Shown piece after piece: positions 23,795 through 36,930 of a DNA stretch of 64,000 nt. Both the position numbers and the translations under genes were made by a program. The notes below the pieces were generated by a model. It was not told the DNA's origin and searched no databases. It saw only the letters and a list, made by a program, of their open reading frames with translations. Positions within the stretch are counted from its first letter, which is position 1. Every line of letters starts with the position of its first letter. Source of the stretch: Mobula hypostoma (Eukaryota); NCBI RefSeq assembly GCF_963921235.1, contig NC_086097.1, positions 158,970,001 through 159,034,000 of the forward strand. Reading direction: 5' to 3'.

Positions 23795-26035
23795 CATAGA
23801 GTTACAGTTTGTAGCACAGAAACTGTTGCGTACCATATCTATGCTGATATCTTTGCCAATTCCATCTGCCCACATCCTTCCTTTCCTTGCCTAGTTAAAT
23901 AGCTGTCTGAATGTCTCTCAAAAGTTGTTATATCTGATTCAAGTGGCTGTGCAAAATCTTATCCCTCTGATTTCTTACCCTCACCTAAAACCTATGTTCT
24001 CTTCTTTTTGGTGCCCTACCATGAGCAAAAGAGTCTGCCTTTCTACTCCATTCATGCCTCTTAGAATTTCATATTCTTCTATTAGGTAAACCTCTTGGCC
24101 TCCTTTGATTGAAGGAAACACAGCCTATCCAATCCCTCTGCACAACTAATGTCCTCCAATTCAGGCAGCATGCTGGTGAATCCTCTCTAAACTCACTCCA
24201 TCTCAGCTACATAATTCCTATAGTGTAAAAACCAGAATTGCACACACAACATGAAGTGCAGCCAGAGTGTATTTTGTAAAGTTGCAGCATAACCTCCCAA
24301 CATTTATATACTTTTCCATACTTTTCCATGATTTGTGAAAACAAACATGCCATAACTCTTCGTCACCACTCTGTCTACCTGTGTTGCCACTTTCAAAGAA
24401 CTATGGATTTAAACTCCAAGGTCCTTCCATTCATTAATGTTCCTTCGTGCACTACCATTTAGGAAGCTAAGGAATATTGATGCCACATTGACACCAAGGC
24501 CCACAAAGCTCACCAACACTTTTACTTCTTTGAGAGGGTAAAGCAGTTTGGCATATCCCTGTCAATCCTTACCAATTTTTATCCATGCACTATAGAAGGT
24601 ATCCTGCCTGGATATTTAACAGTTTGGTCTGGCAACTGTTCTGCATGTGATGGCAGAAAACTGCAGAGAGCTATGTACTTAGCTCAGTTCATCACAGGAA
24701 CCAGTCCCCCTTCCATGTCTATACATCTCAGATCCTCAGTAAAGCAGCCAGCATAATCAAAGATCCCACCCATGCTGCTCTCTTACATTGGGCAGAAGAT
24801 ACAAAAACCTGAAAGCACGTACCACCAGGATCAAAGACAGCTTCTATCCCACAGTTATTAGACAATTAATTGTTCCCTAGTACAATAAGATGCACTCTTG
24901 ACCTCACAATCTACCTTGTTATCATCTTACAGCTTATTGTTTACATGCACTGCACTTTCTCTGTGGCTGTTACACTTCATTCTGCATTGCAATTGTGTTA
25001 CCTTGTTCTACCTTAATGCACTGTGTAATGATTTGATCTGAATGAATAGCATGCAAGACAAGCTTTTCACCGTACCTTAGTATATGTGACAATAGTAAAC
25101 CAATTCCCAATTCCAGTGCTGTTTATTGTGTGTATCCTGTTCCTGTTTTGCTTCCCCAAATACATCACCTTGCATTTGTCAGAAAAAAATCCATCTGCCA
25201 ATGATCCACAAAACTTTCCATCTGATCTATATCCTGCTGTTGCATTGGCAAACTTCCTCCTTGTCCACAACACCATCAACTTCTGTGGCAGCTTCAAATT
25301 TACTGAACATTCCTTCTGCATTTACATACAAGTCATTAATAAATATCAAAATAACATGCACCAATCCCTGCAGCCTTCAGGACTGTCCCTCAAGAGACCC
25401 CTCAAACCATGGCCATGTATTTCGTATCCCTAATCACTACCCCTGTAGATAAATCCAATCCCTTGGAGTTTTTTTTTCTGCTACTGATATAGACTCACCA
25501 GCATGTAGTTATCTAACTTATTCTTCTTGTTTTTCTTGAACAGAGGAACCACGTGTGCTGGCCTCCAGAAGTCTGGTCCCTCACCTGTAGTTTACAAAGA
25601 TATGAAAATCTCCATCAGAATCCCAGCTATTTCTTTCTTTGCTTCCCATAACATTGTGAGATGGGTCTCATTAGGCTCTGTGGATCTGTCCATTTTTTTA
25701 TGCTCATAGTTCTCTAACACACAATTCCTTCTTAACGTTAACGAGCTCTAGAATCCCTCTACCTGAACTCTTCATCTACTATATTTTTATTCCTAACGAT
25801 TACAAACGAGAAATATTCATTTGAGGCCTCACCCATATATCCTTAGCTCTAACACTGCCTGCCCCTTTAGTCCTTAAAGAGGCCTATTCCTTTCCCTGGT
25901 TACACTCTTGCACTGAGAAAATTTTATAATATGTTTAGGATATTTCATGCCCGCCTTTGGTCTCCTAAATTATTTTTGAAAACTGTCCTATATCCTCTGT
26001 ACTCACGCAATGCTCTCTCCTATTCGATCATCTAC
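23795..26035 (-). mobile_element. Degraded CR1, split by a Rex-like insertion (about 23795-24460 and 25115-26035)
   Basis: 3' end gtcatagagttacag...; antisense RT motifs (ccagaattgcacacacaac, tacatcaccttgcatttgtc, caccatcaacttctgtggc). Confidence 0.75.
24465..25112 (+). mobile_element. Rex1/Babar-like LINE 3' part
   Basis: HQHFYFF..VKQFG, LTNFYPCTIEGIL, KAASIIKDP and RIKDSFYPTVIR remnants; ends tgacaatagtaaaccaattcc. Confidence 0.85.
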
Positions 26036-26099
26036 ACTAACCTTCTGTTTCCTTTTTTTTCGTGTAAGAGAATATTATAAATCTGGTAAATATAGAGAA

Positions 26100-27575
26100 A
26101 CTGTTTATTTGTAAATCGTATCCAACCAGTGGAAATCTTTCAAAAGTTATAAAGTTAGAAATTAAGACCAACTTGTTCCTATGAGTGTGGAAGATGGGGA
26201 AGTAAGTCCAGGGATTGAGAGTTTGATAAAAGAAAAAAAAGCACATGGAATAGGGTATGGATAATAGTTGAAACCCTTCAAGTCTACTGAAATTTGTAGA
26301 ACTTTTTTTCTGTGTACTTAAAAATAAAATTAGGAAGCCAGAGAGAAGCCACAAAATATCCATGACAGACAAGATTAAGGGAAATCCCAGGGCGCTTTGA
26401 AAATATATGGTGCAAAAAGATGGCCGGGGAAAGATTGGTTTCAATTAGGGATCAAAGGGGCAATCTGTGCCAGGATCCAGAGTATATACAGTAGGCAAAG
26501 TCTGAAATGAATATTTCTCATCAGTATCCACTAAAGACATTGCAGTTTCAGATTTCAGGGAGGATGCTGGGAATATTGTTGAGCATGTTAACATAAAAAG
26601 GAGGATGTATTAAATGTCATAGTCCATTTAAAGGTAAATAAATCCCCAAACCATGATGAGATTATCCAAGGCTGCTGGGCAAGGCAAGAAATAAGAGTCC
26701 TGACAAATACTTTTATATTTTCTCCAGAAACAGGTTAGGTACCAGATGACTGAAAAAACAGCAATCATGATACACATATTAAAGAGTGGCAGCGGGGATA
26801 AACTAGGTAATTGCAGGCCAGTGAGATTAATGTCAGAGATAGGGAAACTATTTGACAAATCTTTTTGGGGACAGGATCAATCTATGCTCAAAAGCAGGAG
26901 TAAGCTTGGCTTTGCGGGTGGGCAACCTTGTCCGATTAATTCGACAGAGTTTTTAAAGTACATTCCAACAAATATATGTAATAAATATATCAAAAAGAGA
27001 AATTGGATTGATGTGACTTACATGGATTTCAGGAAGGGCTTTGACAAGATACCTTGATAAGCTGGTCCAAAAGAATAGAGCCCATGAAATCCAGAACATT
27101 GCTGGCAAATTGGGTCCAAAATTGGCTTGGTCATAGGAAACAGAGGGTAAAGGTGGAAGGTTGTTTTTATGATTGGGAGACTGTGACCAGTGATCAATGT
27201 TGAGTTCCTCACAGTTTGCCAACCATTTGGATATGAATATGAGGTATGAGTTTGAAAATTGCATTGAAGTTTCTGATATTGCTGATGGTGGGAAGGATCC
27301 TTGCTGTTTCTCCTCATTTTAAATGTATTGTGCCCTCTCTAACCCACTGTGGATTTTTTTGTCCAGTGAATGACGACAAACTGGAATCCACTGCCTGATA
27401 AGGTAATGGAGGCAGTTGCTTTCCTAACATTTAAGAAGTAACTGAACAGCATTTGAATTACAAAGAAGCACCAGACCAGGCGCTAGATAAATAATTAGTA
27501 TGGAACTGTATTCAATGGACAGCATGAACATGGTGGAAGGAAAAGCTTGTTTCTGTGTTATATGATACCATGACC
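26100..27575 (+). mobile_element. Old degraded CR1 ORF2
   Basis: ORF 26746-27057 contains GNCRPVRLMSEIGKL and DVTYMDFRKGFDKIP; a CR1-type tail lies near 27560. Confidence 0.8.
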
Positions 27576-28419
27576 CTACAAAGCCTGCTCACTGCTACCT
27601 TCTCAAAGGCATTTAGGGGAGAGGGCATTCAATGTTGAAGATATGTTGAAGCTCCTATCCCATAATGGATCAAAAAATGTGAAGTACAGATTTCTGTCTG
27701 CAACAAGTAGGGTTTCTCTTTCTATAATTATACAGAAATAATGTATTTTCTTCAGGTTGCATTTTGTAGGCTTTCTACAAGATCCCTGTTTCCTTTCACT
27801 TTCTTTCTTCTCTCTCATTTCACTCAATATTGGCCGAATCTCCTCTCTGGAGAAAACAGTTCAAGGTGAAAACTGAACTTTATCTTATCTCCAAGATTTC
27901 CTAATTCCAACAAGTGTTTGGAAATCCAAGAACAAAAGTAAAAAGAAATGTAAAAATTATATTGGAAAGTTGTTCATTTTGACAGGATGGTTCCAGATTC
28001 TCTTTGGATTTGGAAGTGACCATTTAAAGAATAGTAAAGATAGGATAGGTGTTGTAATCTAATTGCATACTTACGTTTTATTTTCAGGTTTTTCCAATAG
28101 CACAAGGAGAATAAATCAAATGGAATAAGATTGGCCCAACCATACAAATCACTGTCCTTGTCAGTGTAAGAGCCAATTATGTGGATTCTGGTGGTAGACA
28201 CATCAGCATCATTAGGTGCAAATACCTTCAGACCAGGTCTTAACAAGCAGAAATTTTATCGCATCTGCATAATAGTAATAAAGTTTAAACCTGTGTGTTT
28301 TGGTAGTCCTCCTTATTTCATTTTCTCCCAACAATATAATTGTTATGAAGCTCTGAGCTCACAATGAAAGACTTCCTTGTGGTTAAGATGAGAAGGTAAG
28401 TATTAATGCTGGCAGCAAT

Positions 28420-28665
28420 ATAAGAATCTAGGACCACAGTACACAAGCTCAGAATGGAAACACATCCATTTAGACAGAGTTGAAGAGGAATTTCTTTAAC
28501 CAGCGGGTGGTGAATCTGTGGAATTTATTGCTACAGACTGTGGTGGCCAAGTCATTGCAAGTATTTAAAGCGGAGGTTGATAGACTCTTGATTAGTGAGG
28601 GTGTCAAAGATTATGGGGAGAAGGCGGGAGAATGGAGTTGAAAGGAAAGATAAATCAGCCATGAG
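28420..28665 (+). mobile_element. CR1 3' fragment
   Basis: RNFFNQRVVNLWNLL remnant and 3'UTR ending gataaatcagccatg. Confidence 0.8.
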
Positions 28666-28669
28666 CAAA

Positions 28670-28989
28670 CGTGCACAAGTTGATGCTCAAGTCTTCTCAA
28701 AAGTAATATTCACCGGTCCTCAGTCGACCTTGGCACCTTGCTTCGTCGAATCATGCTCCTCCACCGAATTGAATCCTACGACCGATTCTCTCCAGCATTT
28801 ATTCTCTTCATCTCCCACCAAACAAAGACTCCCAGCCCACACCACATGGTAAGCACACAACACACAAACCCACTCCCCTGATCAGATGGCACACATTTGA
28901 AAGAACCCATTATCTCTAGCCATAACCCAAACACTGCTTCTACGGAAAGACCAGTACATTAGCAGTGAAACCTTTCCCAGGTAATTACA
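28670..28989 (-). mobile_element. Probable truncated LTR related to 52908-53724
   Basis: The minus strand begins tgtaattacctgggaaaggtttcactgcta, resembling tgcaatgccctgattaagatttctactgcta at 52908. No TSD seen. Confidence 0.45.
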
Positions 28990-28999
28990 CAGGTGTTGT

Positions 29000-29330
29000 G
29001 GCCACCCAGGTGCAACTACTGGAGCTGCTGGTTCACACTCAGGTGAACTGAGTTTGATCCAGTCTGCTGGTATTGACCGTGTGGAGTTTGCAAGTTTTTC
29101 ATGTGATCATGTGGATTTCCACCAAATGCTTCAATTTCCTTCCACATCCCAGTGACATGAAAGTTGATTGGTTAGGTGGCCACTGTAAATTACCCTTCGA
29201 GTGAATCTGGGGAGAGAGGAGAGCAGAAGAAAATAAAAAAGTGAAATGGGTTAGGGCAGGGTTAGTATGAGTCTGAGAGCTTGATGGGCCACGTGGGTAT
29301 GATGATTGGATCTGGTTCCATGTTTGGATC
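29000..29330 (+). mobile_element. V-SINE (HE1-like), degraded
   Basis: V-domain-like gtgtggagtttgcaagtttttc...gtggatttcc...tttccttccacatccc and ggccactgtaaattaccc. Confidence 0.75.
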
Positions 29331-29707
29331 CTTATTATCAGATCATCCAGGTTTAACAATGTATTGAATTGGAAATCAGTAGGTCAGGTGCTAATAACAT
29401 GATAGCAGTCCCCCAGGACCCTCTATTAGTAGCTGCAATGCAAGGGTGATATGGACAGGGTGCTAATCCCTTCATAGTTTAGCTGTGATCACTCAAATAT
29501 ACCTCATTCGCTTGGTTTGTGGAAATCCTCAACAGAGCAGATTCCAAGATCAGGATATTTCTCACTCAGTACAAAACTACCAGGCTTGGCAATGTTACTG
29601 GGACACTCAAGTTGTTTATTAATTAATGAATTGGTAATGAATTGGTTTATTGGTTTATTGTAGTCACATGTACCAAAATACAGTTAAAAATTTTATTTTG
29701 CATGCCA

Positions 29708-30422
29708 TCCCAGGACGGGGCTTTTCTTTCCAGGACATCAGAGTTGTCCTCCTCCTTCAGAAAACAGGGTTTCCCTTCTTCCGCAATTGATGTTGTCTTC
29801 ACCCGCACCTCCGCCACTTCCCAAACATCTGTTTACCCCATCTTCCCACCACCTAAATAGTGATAGAGTTCCTCTTGTCCTTACCTACCACCCTATGAGC
29901 CTCCGCAGCTAACACATCATCCTCGCAACTTCTGCCATCTCTAAAGGGACCCAACCAGTAAATATATCTATCTCTATCTATCTTTATCTCTCTCTCTCAC
30001 TCTCTCACTCTCTCCTCCTCCCTCTCCCTCTCCCTCTCTTTATCTCTCTCTCTCCCTCTCCCTCCTTTCTTTCCACAGGGATCACTCCATCAATCATTCC
30101 GTGATTCCCTCATCCATTTGTTTCTCCTCACTAAACTGCTTCCCAGCACTTACTCCTGCAAGCAGCCAAAGTGCTACACCTGCTCATTCACTTTCATTTA
30201 GGGCCTAAACTGTGCTTCCAGGTGAGGCAACACCACCTGCGAATCTGCTGGGGTCATCTGTTGTGTACGGTGCTCCCGAAGCAGTCTCCTCTACGTTGGT
30301 GAGACCCGTCATAAATTGGGGACCTGGTTCGTCAGGCACCTCCACTCCATCCGACAAAAGTGGAACCTCCCACTGGCCACACATTTTAATTCCAATTCCC
30401 ATTCCCTTCTGACATGTTGTGC
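29708..30422 (+). mobile_element. Penelope-like element ORF remnant including the GIY-YIG endonuclease
   Basis: RVPLVLTYHP and TCESAGVICCVRCSRSSLLYVGETRHKLG (GIY-YIG motif); an internal CT-rich tract lies at about 29965-30072. Confidence 0.85.
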
Positions 30423-31349
30423 CAAGATTAGATTAGATTAGATTGTGAGGACACACAGTCCTCTTTTATTGTCATTTAGTAATGCATGCATTAAGAAATG
30501 ATACAATGTTCCTCCAGAAAGGCCAGTGAGGGGTAAAGAGAAAAAAAATTGGAGGACCAGAGGAGGATCAGGTGGAGAGAGACAGTGGGGTGGTGGTGCT
30601 AGTGGGAGTCGAAATTAAGAGCAATAATGGAAATCTAGGCAGGGTCGAGCACATAGCACAAATGGGCTAATTGTTCCCTCCATTCCTAGGGAAGCAAACA
30701 CAAAACTGCTGCTACTAATTTTAGGATTTAGATTATGCATTTATGCCATGAAGATTAGAAAATTTAATCTTTTGTGACAAAAATGAAATACAGTGCATGT
30801 CATTATCTACTCAGAAATATTTGAGAGCATAAGTAATGCAGGTTTAAATAGATATTTGTATAATGCTTGATTAGAATAACCAAGGGATCACTTATAATGT
30901 CAGGGAAAATTCAGGCTAAAATTCATTAAAAGAATAGTATTGTCATCATTGATTATGCAAAAGACTGATACCTTTTGCTACTGATTGTTCTGAGAGAAGA
31001 GTTGAATTATCTTTGATTCGTCAAGAGAGGTAAGGTTTGAGCACAAATCACTAAGCCAATCATTTTTTGATTTGCAAGCAGAATTATCCTTTTCAAATCG
31101 TATGTTTTTATCATTGTTTTAAGTTTTTGTAATAAAATCATCTCTGATAAATTAAAAGTTAACTCTCCATTTTATATAGACTGAAGATTTACATTTTTAC
31201 AGAGAAACTGGTACCTTAATAGAATCAGAAAATTTATGATTCAGCCCACCTTTAAGTAGTATGTGAAATCATAGGAATGTATGCAATAGAAGCAGGAGTA
31301 GACAATGATTACTGATCTTTTAGACCCAGCTCATTTTTCTGGAGTCCAG

Positions 31350-31550
31350 ATTAACAAGGCATTTCACCTGCATAACTGCTGCTCATTGGATGTTTCTCAT
31401 TTTTTCACCATTCTCTGTAAACACTAGAGACTGTTGTGCATGAAAATCCCAGAGCAGCAGTTTCTGAGATACTGAAACCACCCCATCTGGCACCAACAAT
31501 TATTCCACAGTCAAAGTTATTTGGAACACATTTCTTCCCCATTCAAAGTT
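31350..31550 (-). mobile_element. Tc1-like fragment (same family as 15408-15964)
   Basis: tagagactgttgtgcatgaaaatccc...ccaccccatctggcaccaacaat...cacatttcttccccatt. Confidence 0.8.
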
Positions 31551-31639
31551 TGTTTTACAATTAGAATAAATATATTGAAAATAATAAATACTCTGAAAAA
31601 AAATTGATAAATAATAATGAAAAGATCTATTTACCTTAA

Positions 31640-32025
31640 ATAGTGACTTCATTCTTCAAGAAAGGAGGGGGGAGAGATAGCTGAGATCTAAACTAGCAAC
31701 CTATTAGCCTAACATTAATCACAGGGAAGCTTATATCTAGAAAGAAATATGTAATAACAGGACACTTTACAAATGTAGGATTAAGATGAGACATGGGTTT
31801 AGAACATAGAACACTACAGCACAAACCCAGCATACCCTTCAGCCCATGATGCTGTGCTGGGTTTATAAGGAGAAAATTATGTTCAAAATTATGAACAATG
31901 GCTTAAACTTCTTTGAGGATGTGCCTAGCAGAATTAATTATAAGGAATTAGGGGGTGTGTTATATTTTTAATTTTGGATGGCTTTCGCTCAAGTCCTAGA
32001 CATGAAGTTGGTCAACAAGTTTTAA
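31640..32025 (+). mobile_element. Old CR1 RT fragment
   Basis: Decayed RPISLT, FFEDV and DF..AF.QV motifs. Confidence 0.55.
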
Positions 32026-32405
32026 AGCACAAGTGCATGTTCATGGTCTTCTGCTGCTGTAGCCCATCCACTTCAAAGTTCGATGTGTTGTGCATTCAGA
32101 GATGTTCGCCTGAATACTATTGTTAAAATGCATAGTTATTTGAGTTACTTTTGCCTTCCTGACAGCTTGAACCAGTAGGGCCATTATCCTTTGACTTCTC
32201 TTATTAACAAGGTGTTTTTACCCACAGCACTGCCATTCACTAAATATATTTTTGTTTCTCACACCATTCTCTATAAGCTTCAGAGACTGTTGTCATGAAA
32301 ATCCCAGGAGATAAGCAGTTTCTGAGCTACTCAAACCACCCATCTGGCACCAACAATCATTCCATGGTTTGTCACTTAGATCACATTTCTTCCCCATTCT
32401 GATGT

Positions 32406-34888
32406 CACTGAACAACAAAGATTTTGCTGTTAGGTGGATCTTATGGATTTCGGGCTGCTGAACATGAAAATCGCCATGAAATTTCCCCATCACACATGAA
32501 TTTTAAAAATCATCTATATTTGTTATTTCAATTCATAATTAAAGTCAGTTAAATATTGCCCACAATATAGAGGTTTTCTATCTTATCCAAGCATGCCTGG
32601 GCATGCTTAGCTAGAGTGGATGCTGCATGGCAGCACAGGTTTTAGAAAAGCTATTAAAGCTATGTATATTGCATTTACATGTATATCGAAATCTGATCAC
32701 ATTGATGTGCATGCTCTATGCACATAGCATATTGTGTATACTCATTGAATAAAGTAATGATATTTTCAGGAGCATTTGTGATAGCCAATTGTCTCGCTAA
32801 TGTTCTCCCCTTATTAAGTAAGCCTATGAGTTCTACTTTGAGTGTAAAGTTGGTGACCAAGAAAAAGCCTGGGCTCCTCACATTCATTGCACAACGTGCA
32901 CTGTCGATGTTAGAGCTTGGCTCAGAGGTACTCGAAGTCAATGCCATTTGCTGTCCTGATGATATGGCAAGAGCAGAAGGGTCATGTGACAGACTGCTAC
33001 TTCTGTCTGACCAGTGTGTGGATTATTTGATAAAAACAAGAAATCCATTGAATGCCCCAATCTCCCCTCAGCCATGAGACATGTGCCACATGACGATAGG
33101 CTTCCAGTACTGAAGCCTCCAGAGACATGGAGTCGAGAGGAGGCAGACAAAGATGCCATGATGCATGAGCCAGAAAATTAAAATGACATTGATACTGATA
33201 GATTTTGAACCCTTTATGTCGAATGAGCCTCATCTGTTAACGCATTTGTGTTAAATAACTTAGTCAAAGACGAGTTTGACAAAGGACAAAACAGGATCAA
33301 TGGGTTCAAGAATGCAAGGATGGAATCTCCTGTGTGACGAGAATACACATAAAATTAAGATGTTTGCTGGCCTGGGTTAGCATCAGTGACATCAGCAAGT
33401 GGTCTGACACCTGTCCTCAGGGGAAGGAGAGATAAGGAACAATGGAGCAGCGTCTGAAGATGTGTAATGAAGGGATGGGGAGAGAGAGCTGTCTGGAACG
33501 GCTCCCCCTTTGAACCCTGAACTGTTTGAAGTGATGGACAGGCAATACCCCAGCAGGGGGATAAAAAGGGACAGGTTCGCTAAGGCAGGACACACACGAC
33601 ACCCGAGGTAATGAGACCCTGGAAGCGGTGCGCCTCCCACGAGTCGGTGGGAAGTATCGGACCTTAAACGCACAGGGCGGAAAGGTACGATCAGCGGGAA
33701 CCCGGTGTGTGTCCACCCTCGCTTGGGTGCCGGGGTCACTGCAGAGGATCGACCGCATCTGGAGGAGGGGTCACAGTCGGTGACCTCAGGTGACATCACC
33801 AAGGACCCACTCGAAAGCTGCGTGTGAGCAATATCGTCGGTCTGTGAGTGGAAGCCGTTTCTGAATGATCAGTCGTTCCCGTTCTTTCTCTCTCTCTCCC
33901 CCCACGTTGTCCATCGCCATGGCAACGATTACTGCGAACTGAACTACTAAATTGGACTGAACTTTTGTGTCACTTTGAAATTTGGTCATTTACCCCTAGA
34001 CAACGATAGAGCTTGATTGATGCTGTTATCTTAATTCTGTGCACATGTGTGTTTATCATTGCTGAACTGTTGCATTTATTATCCTTTCGATTACTGTGTT
34101 GCTTGTTTCTTTAATAAAACTTTCTTAGTTCTAGTAATCCAGACTCCAACTGAGTGATCCATTTCTGCTGGTTTGGCAACCCAGTTACGGGGTACGTAAC
34201 ACCTGTCACCAGGCATAAGGAAGGTGAAGGATTTCAATATTCAAGACAGATGTATCCCAGAATAATTGATTCCAAGATTAAGGAACTCATTTTTGTTGGT
34301 CCACAAATCAAACGGGTCATCAATGGCAGGCAATTTGAAGAACTTCAAGTGAGACCAGAGAAGATCACATCGAAGGCATTCAAGGATGTTGTTGAAATTT
34401 TTCTTGGCGACTGCAGAGCACCAAACTGCATGCAGCTGGTTGAAAACTTGCTTCAAGCATACAAAACGATGAAGTGCAACATATCACTAAAGATTCATTT
34501 TCTACATTCCCATTTAGACTTCTTCTCTGCAAGTCTTAGCACTGTCAGTGCATGGTGAAAAGTTTCAGGAGTCATGGAGAAATGGTGTCAGCAACTGGAG
34601 TCCATCAATGTTAGCTGGTTAACATTGAACACTTAAGGGAAAAGCCTCAGACACTGAGTACAAATGAAAATCATCAACAAAACAGTTTTAGCTTAGTTGA
34701 ACTATTGCAAAGCATCAGCACTGTTATGCAATTGGACATATTATGTTCGTTAAAAGTTAATTTCTTGTTTCTCCAAATTCCAATGTGATACATTATTCTG
34801 AAATCGTATTTGTGTTCAAGTGGTCTATCATAACCACATGAAAAAATTCTGAGGAAGCAACACTTTCAAAAGAATTTTCTGTCCAGTG
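32406..34888 (+). mobile_element. Chapaev3-type (CMC) DNA transposon with internally deleted transposase
   Basis: Termini cactgaacaacaaagatttt / aaaagaattttctgtccagtg with 3-bp TSD TGT. Remnants read CKVGDQEKAWAPHIHCTTC, MPFAVLMIWQEQKGHVTDCYFCLT, GSRMQGWNLL, KIKELIFVGPQIK and MKCNISLKIHFLHSHLDFF. Superfamily assigned from remembered motifs. Confidence 0.78.
33333..34201 (+). mobile_element. Solo LTR (family A)
   Basis: tgtgacgagaatacac...ggggtacgtaaca with 4-bp TSD CCTG (33329-33332 / 34202-34205). TATA-like gataaaaa lies near 33560 and aataaa near 34113. Confidence 0.92.
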
Positions 34889-35587
34889 TGTTTAGTTTTG
34901 ACATCAACTGAGCTTCTTGACCATGTCTACGTGCTTTTATGCATTGTGTTGCTGCCACATGACTGGCTGATTAGATTTTTGCGTTTACAAGCAGGTGTGC
35001 ACATATACCTAATAAAGTGGCCACCTAGTTTATATACAGAACCTTGAGATTAGTCAGGCAAAACCTTTCTCCACTCAATTCAGATACTCCAGGGAACAAA
35101 GTAATTCACAACAGTTGGAAGCAAGTTGGCACAAAAGTAAATTAGAAGCCACATGTTCAGCTATTATTTTGAGCCATTAAGTTCATTGGAAGTTGCTTGA
35201 TGTAGAGAAACACCTGCAATTATCCAGCTACTAATCAAAATAATTACTTTTGCTGCAAAATTACAAGTAGAAGGCAAAAGAATTAAGCATAACTCATGGC
35301 TTGTTTTTGTACTACCTTGCACTTTACTGCCTACTTTTATTGCACTTTCTCAAACTATAATACTTCTTCCTACATTCTGTTACTGTTTTCCTACATACTA
35401 CATCAATGCACTACATAGATGTCAGGTAAAGCAAAGTTTTAACTGTACCTCAGTACATGTGACATAATAAACCAATTTACCAAAGTCCTACGGAGTGGGA
35501 ATTCCTCAAATTATCCAATCATAATCCAAGAATCTCTTCCAAGTGCGCCACAACCTACCATCATATTGTTATGTTTGACATCCCTAT

Positions 35588-36240
35588 AGAATCAGAATCA
35601 GGTTTAATATCACCAGCATATATCATGAAATTTGTTGTTATGCGGCAGCGGTGCATTGCAGTACATAATAAAAGACTGTCAATTACAGTAAGTAGGCTTA
35701 TATATATATTTTAAAACAATAAATAAATAGTGCAAAAAGGAAAAATACAAAGTAGTGAAGTAGTGTTCATGGGTTCTATGTCCATTCTGAAATCTGATGG
35801 CAGAGGAGGAGGTATCCCTGAATCTTTGAGTGGGTACCTTCAGGCTCCTATACCTCCTCCCCGATGGTAGCAATGAGAAAGGGTATATCCTGGGTCATGA
35901 GGGTCCTTAATAACAGATGCCACCTTTTTGAGGCATCGCTCCTTGAAGATGTCCTGGATTGTGGGGAGGCTGGTGCTCATGATGGAGCTGAGTTCACAAC
36001 ATTCTGCAGCTATATACAGTGCTCCCCCCACCATACCAGATGGAGATTCAGCCAGTTAGTATGCTCTCCACGGTACATTTTTAGAAATTTATGAGTGTCT
36101 TTGATGACATACCAAATCTCCTCAAACTCCTAATGAAGTATAGCTGCTGTCATGCCTTCTTTGTAACTGCATTGATGTGCCGAGATGTTGACACCCAGGA
36201 AGATGGAACTGTTCACCTTCCCTCTACTGATTCCTCAATG
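35588..36240 (-). mobile_element. Rex1/Babar-like LINE 3' part
   Basis: Minus-strand CLKKVASVIKDPHDPG and LPSGRRYRSLK; (gattct)n-type tail seen as agaatcagaatcag. Confidence 0.85.
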
Positions 36241-36244
36241 AGAA

Positions 36245-36930
36245 TTCTTTGCTCCCATCTGTTTATCATTTTCCTGTGGTTCGACATGTATGCAGACTCC
36301 CCACACCACCACATTGTTGTCAGCCCTCTTGAAGCTAGCATTGCATTAATAATGCAATGCTTCACCACAGTGCTGTCCTGGATAAGGTGCAACTTCTTCC
36401 AGCTTGCCACAAATTGTGCTCACCACAAGCACCTTTCCCTCTTCTCCATGTTCTATGATTGAATCAGGGTGTTTGAGAATCATGACGTCCCATTCACTCT
36501 TAAGGGAAGGTTTTACGCCATAACATCTCTTATCACAAAGACTGCCTTAATTCCACCTCCTCATCATTACCATTTTCTGTCCATATGTGGGTATGCATGA
36601 ACCTATCCAAACCATTGTTATCCCTGTCCTAACTTGCACCAATGCCATTCAACTACATTCATTAACTTCTAATCCACATGTCAATTTTAATATTTTACAC
36701 ATGTTCTGATTCCTCCATTTCCTCAGTTCTCTTAACCCTGCAACCTGTTTACCATCCTGTGGAACATGCATTCCTCCAAATCTGATCTGCTTTACATTTC
36801 CATATTCTATTCATTAGCCTTGTTAGTTTTTCCTTGAATCCCTTGATTGTATGATTTGAAATTCCCTTCTCGAAACCTTTCCTGTCCCCTTACAAACCAT
36901 ATTTGTGAAGGAGCTTCTAGTCATTTTAAC
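36245..36930 (+). mobile_element. Ancient L2-like LINE remnant
   Basis: MYAD and W.RCNFFQL motifs within ORF 36091-36462, followed by decayed sequence. Confidence 0.45.

Larger units (their letters stand above)
32030..35030 (-). mobile_element. Tc1-like non-autonomous element split by Chapaev3 (32030-32405 and 34892-35030)
   Basis: MGKKCDLSD...GGLSSSETAYLLGFS remnant; colinear with 15408-15964 across the insertion; ends cctaataaagtggccac. Confidence 0.85.

Noticed and set aside
11749..34201. The two LTRs as ends of one provirus or a giant TIR element
   Set aside because: They are in opposite orientation, each has its own TSD, and there is no gag/pol between them.
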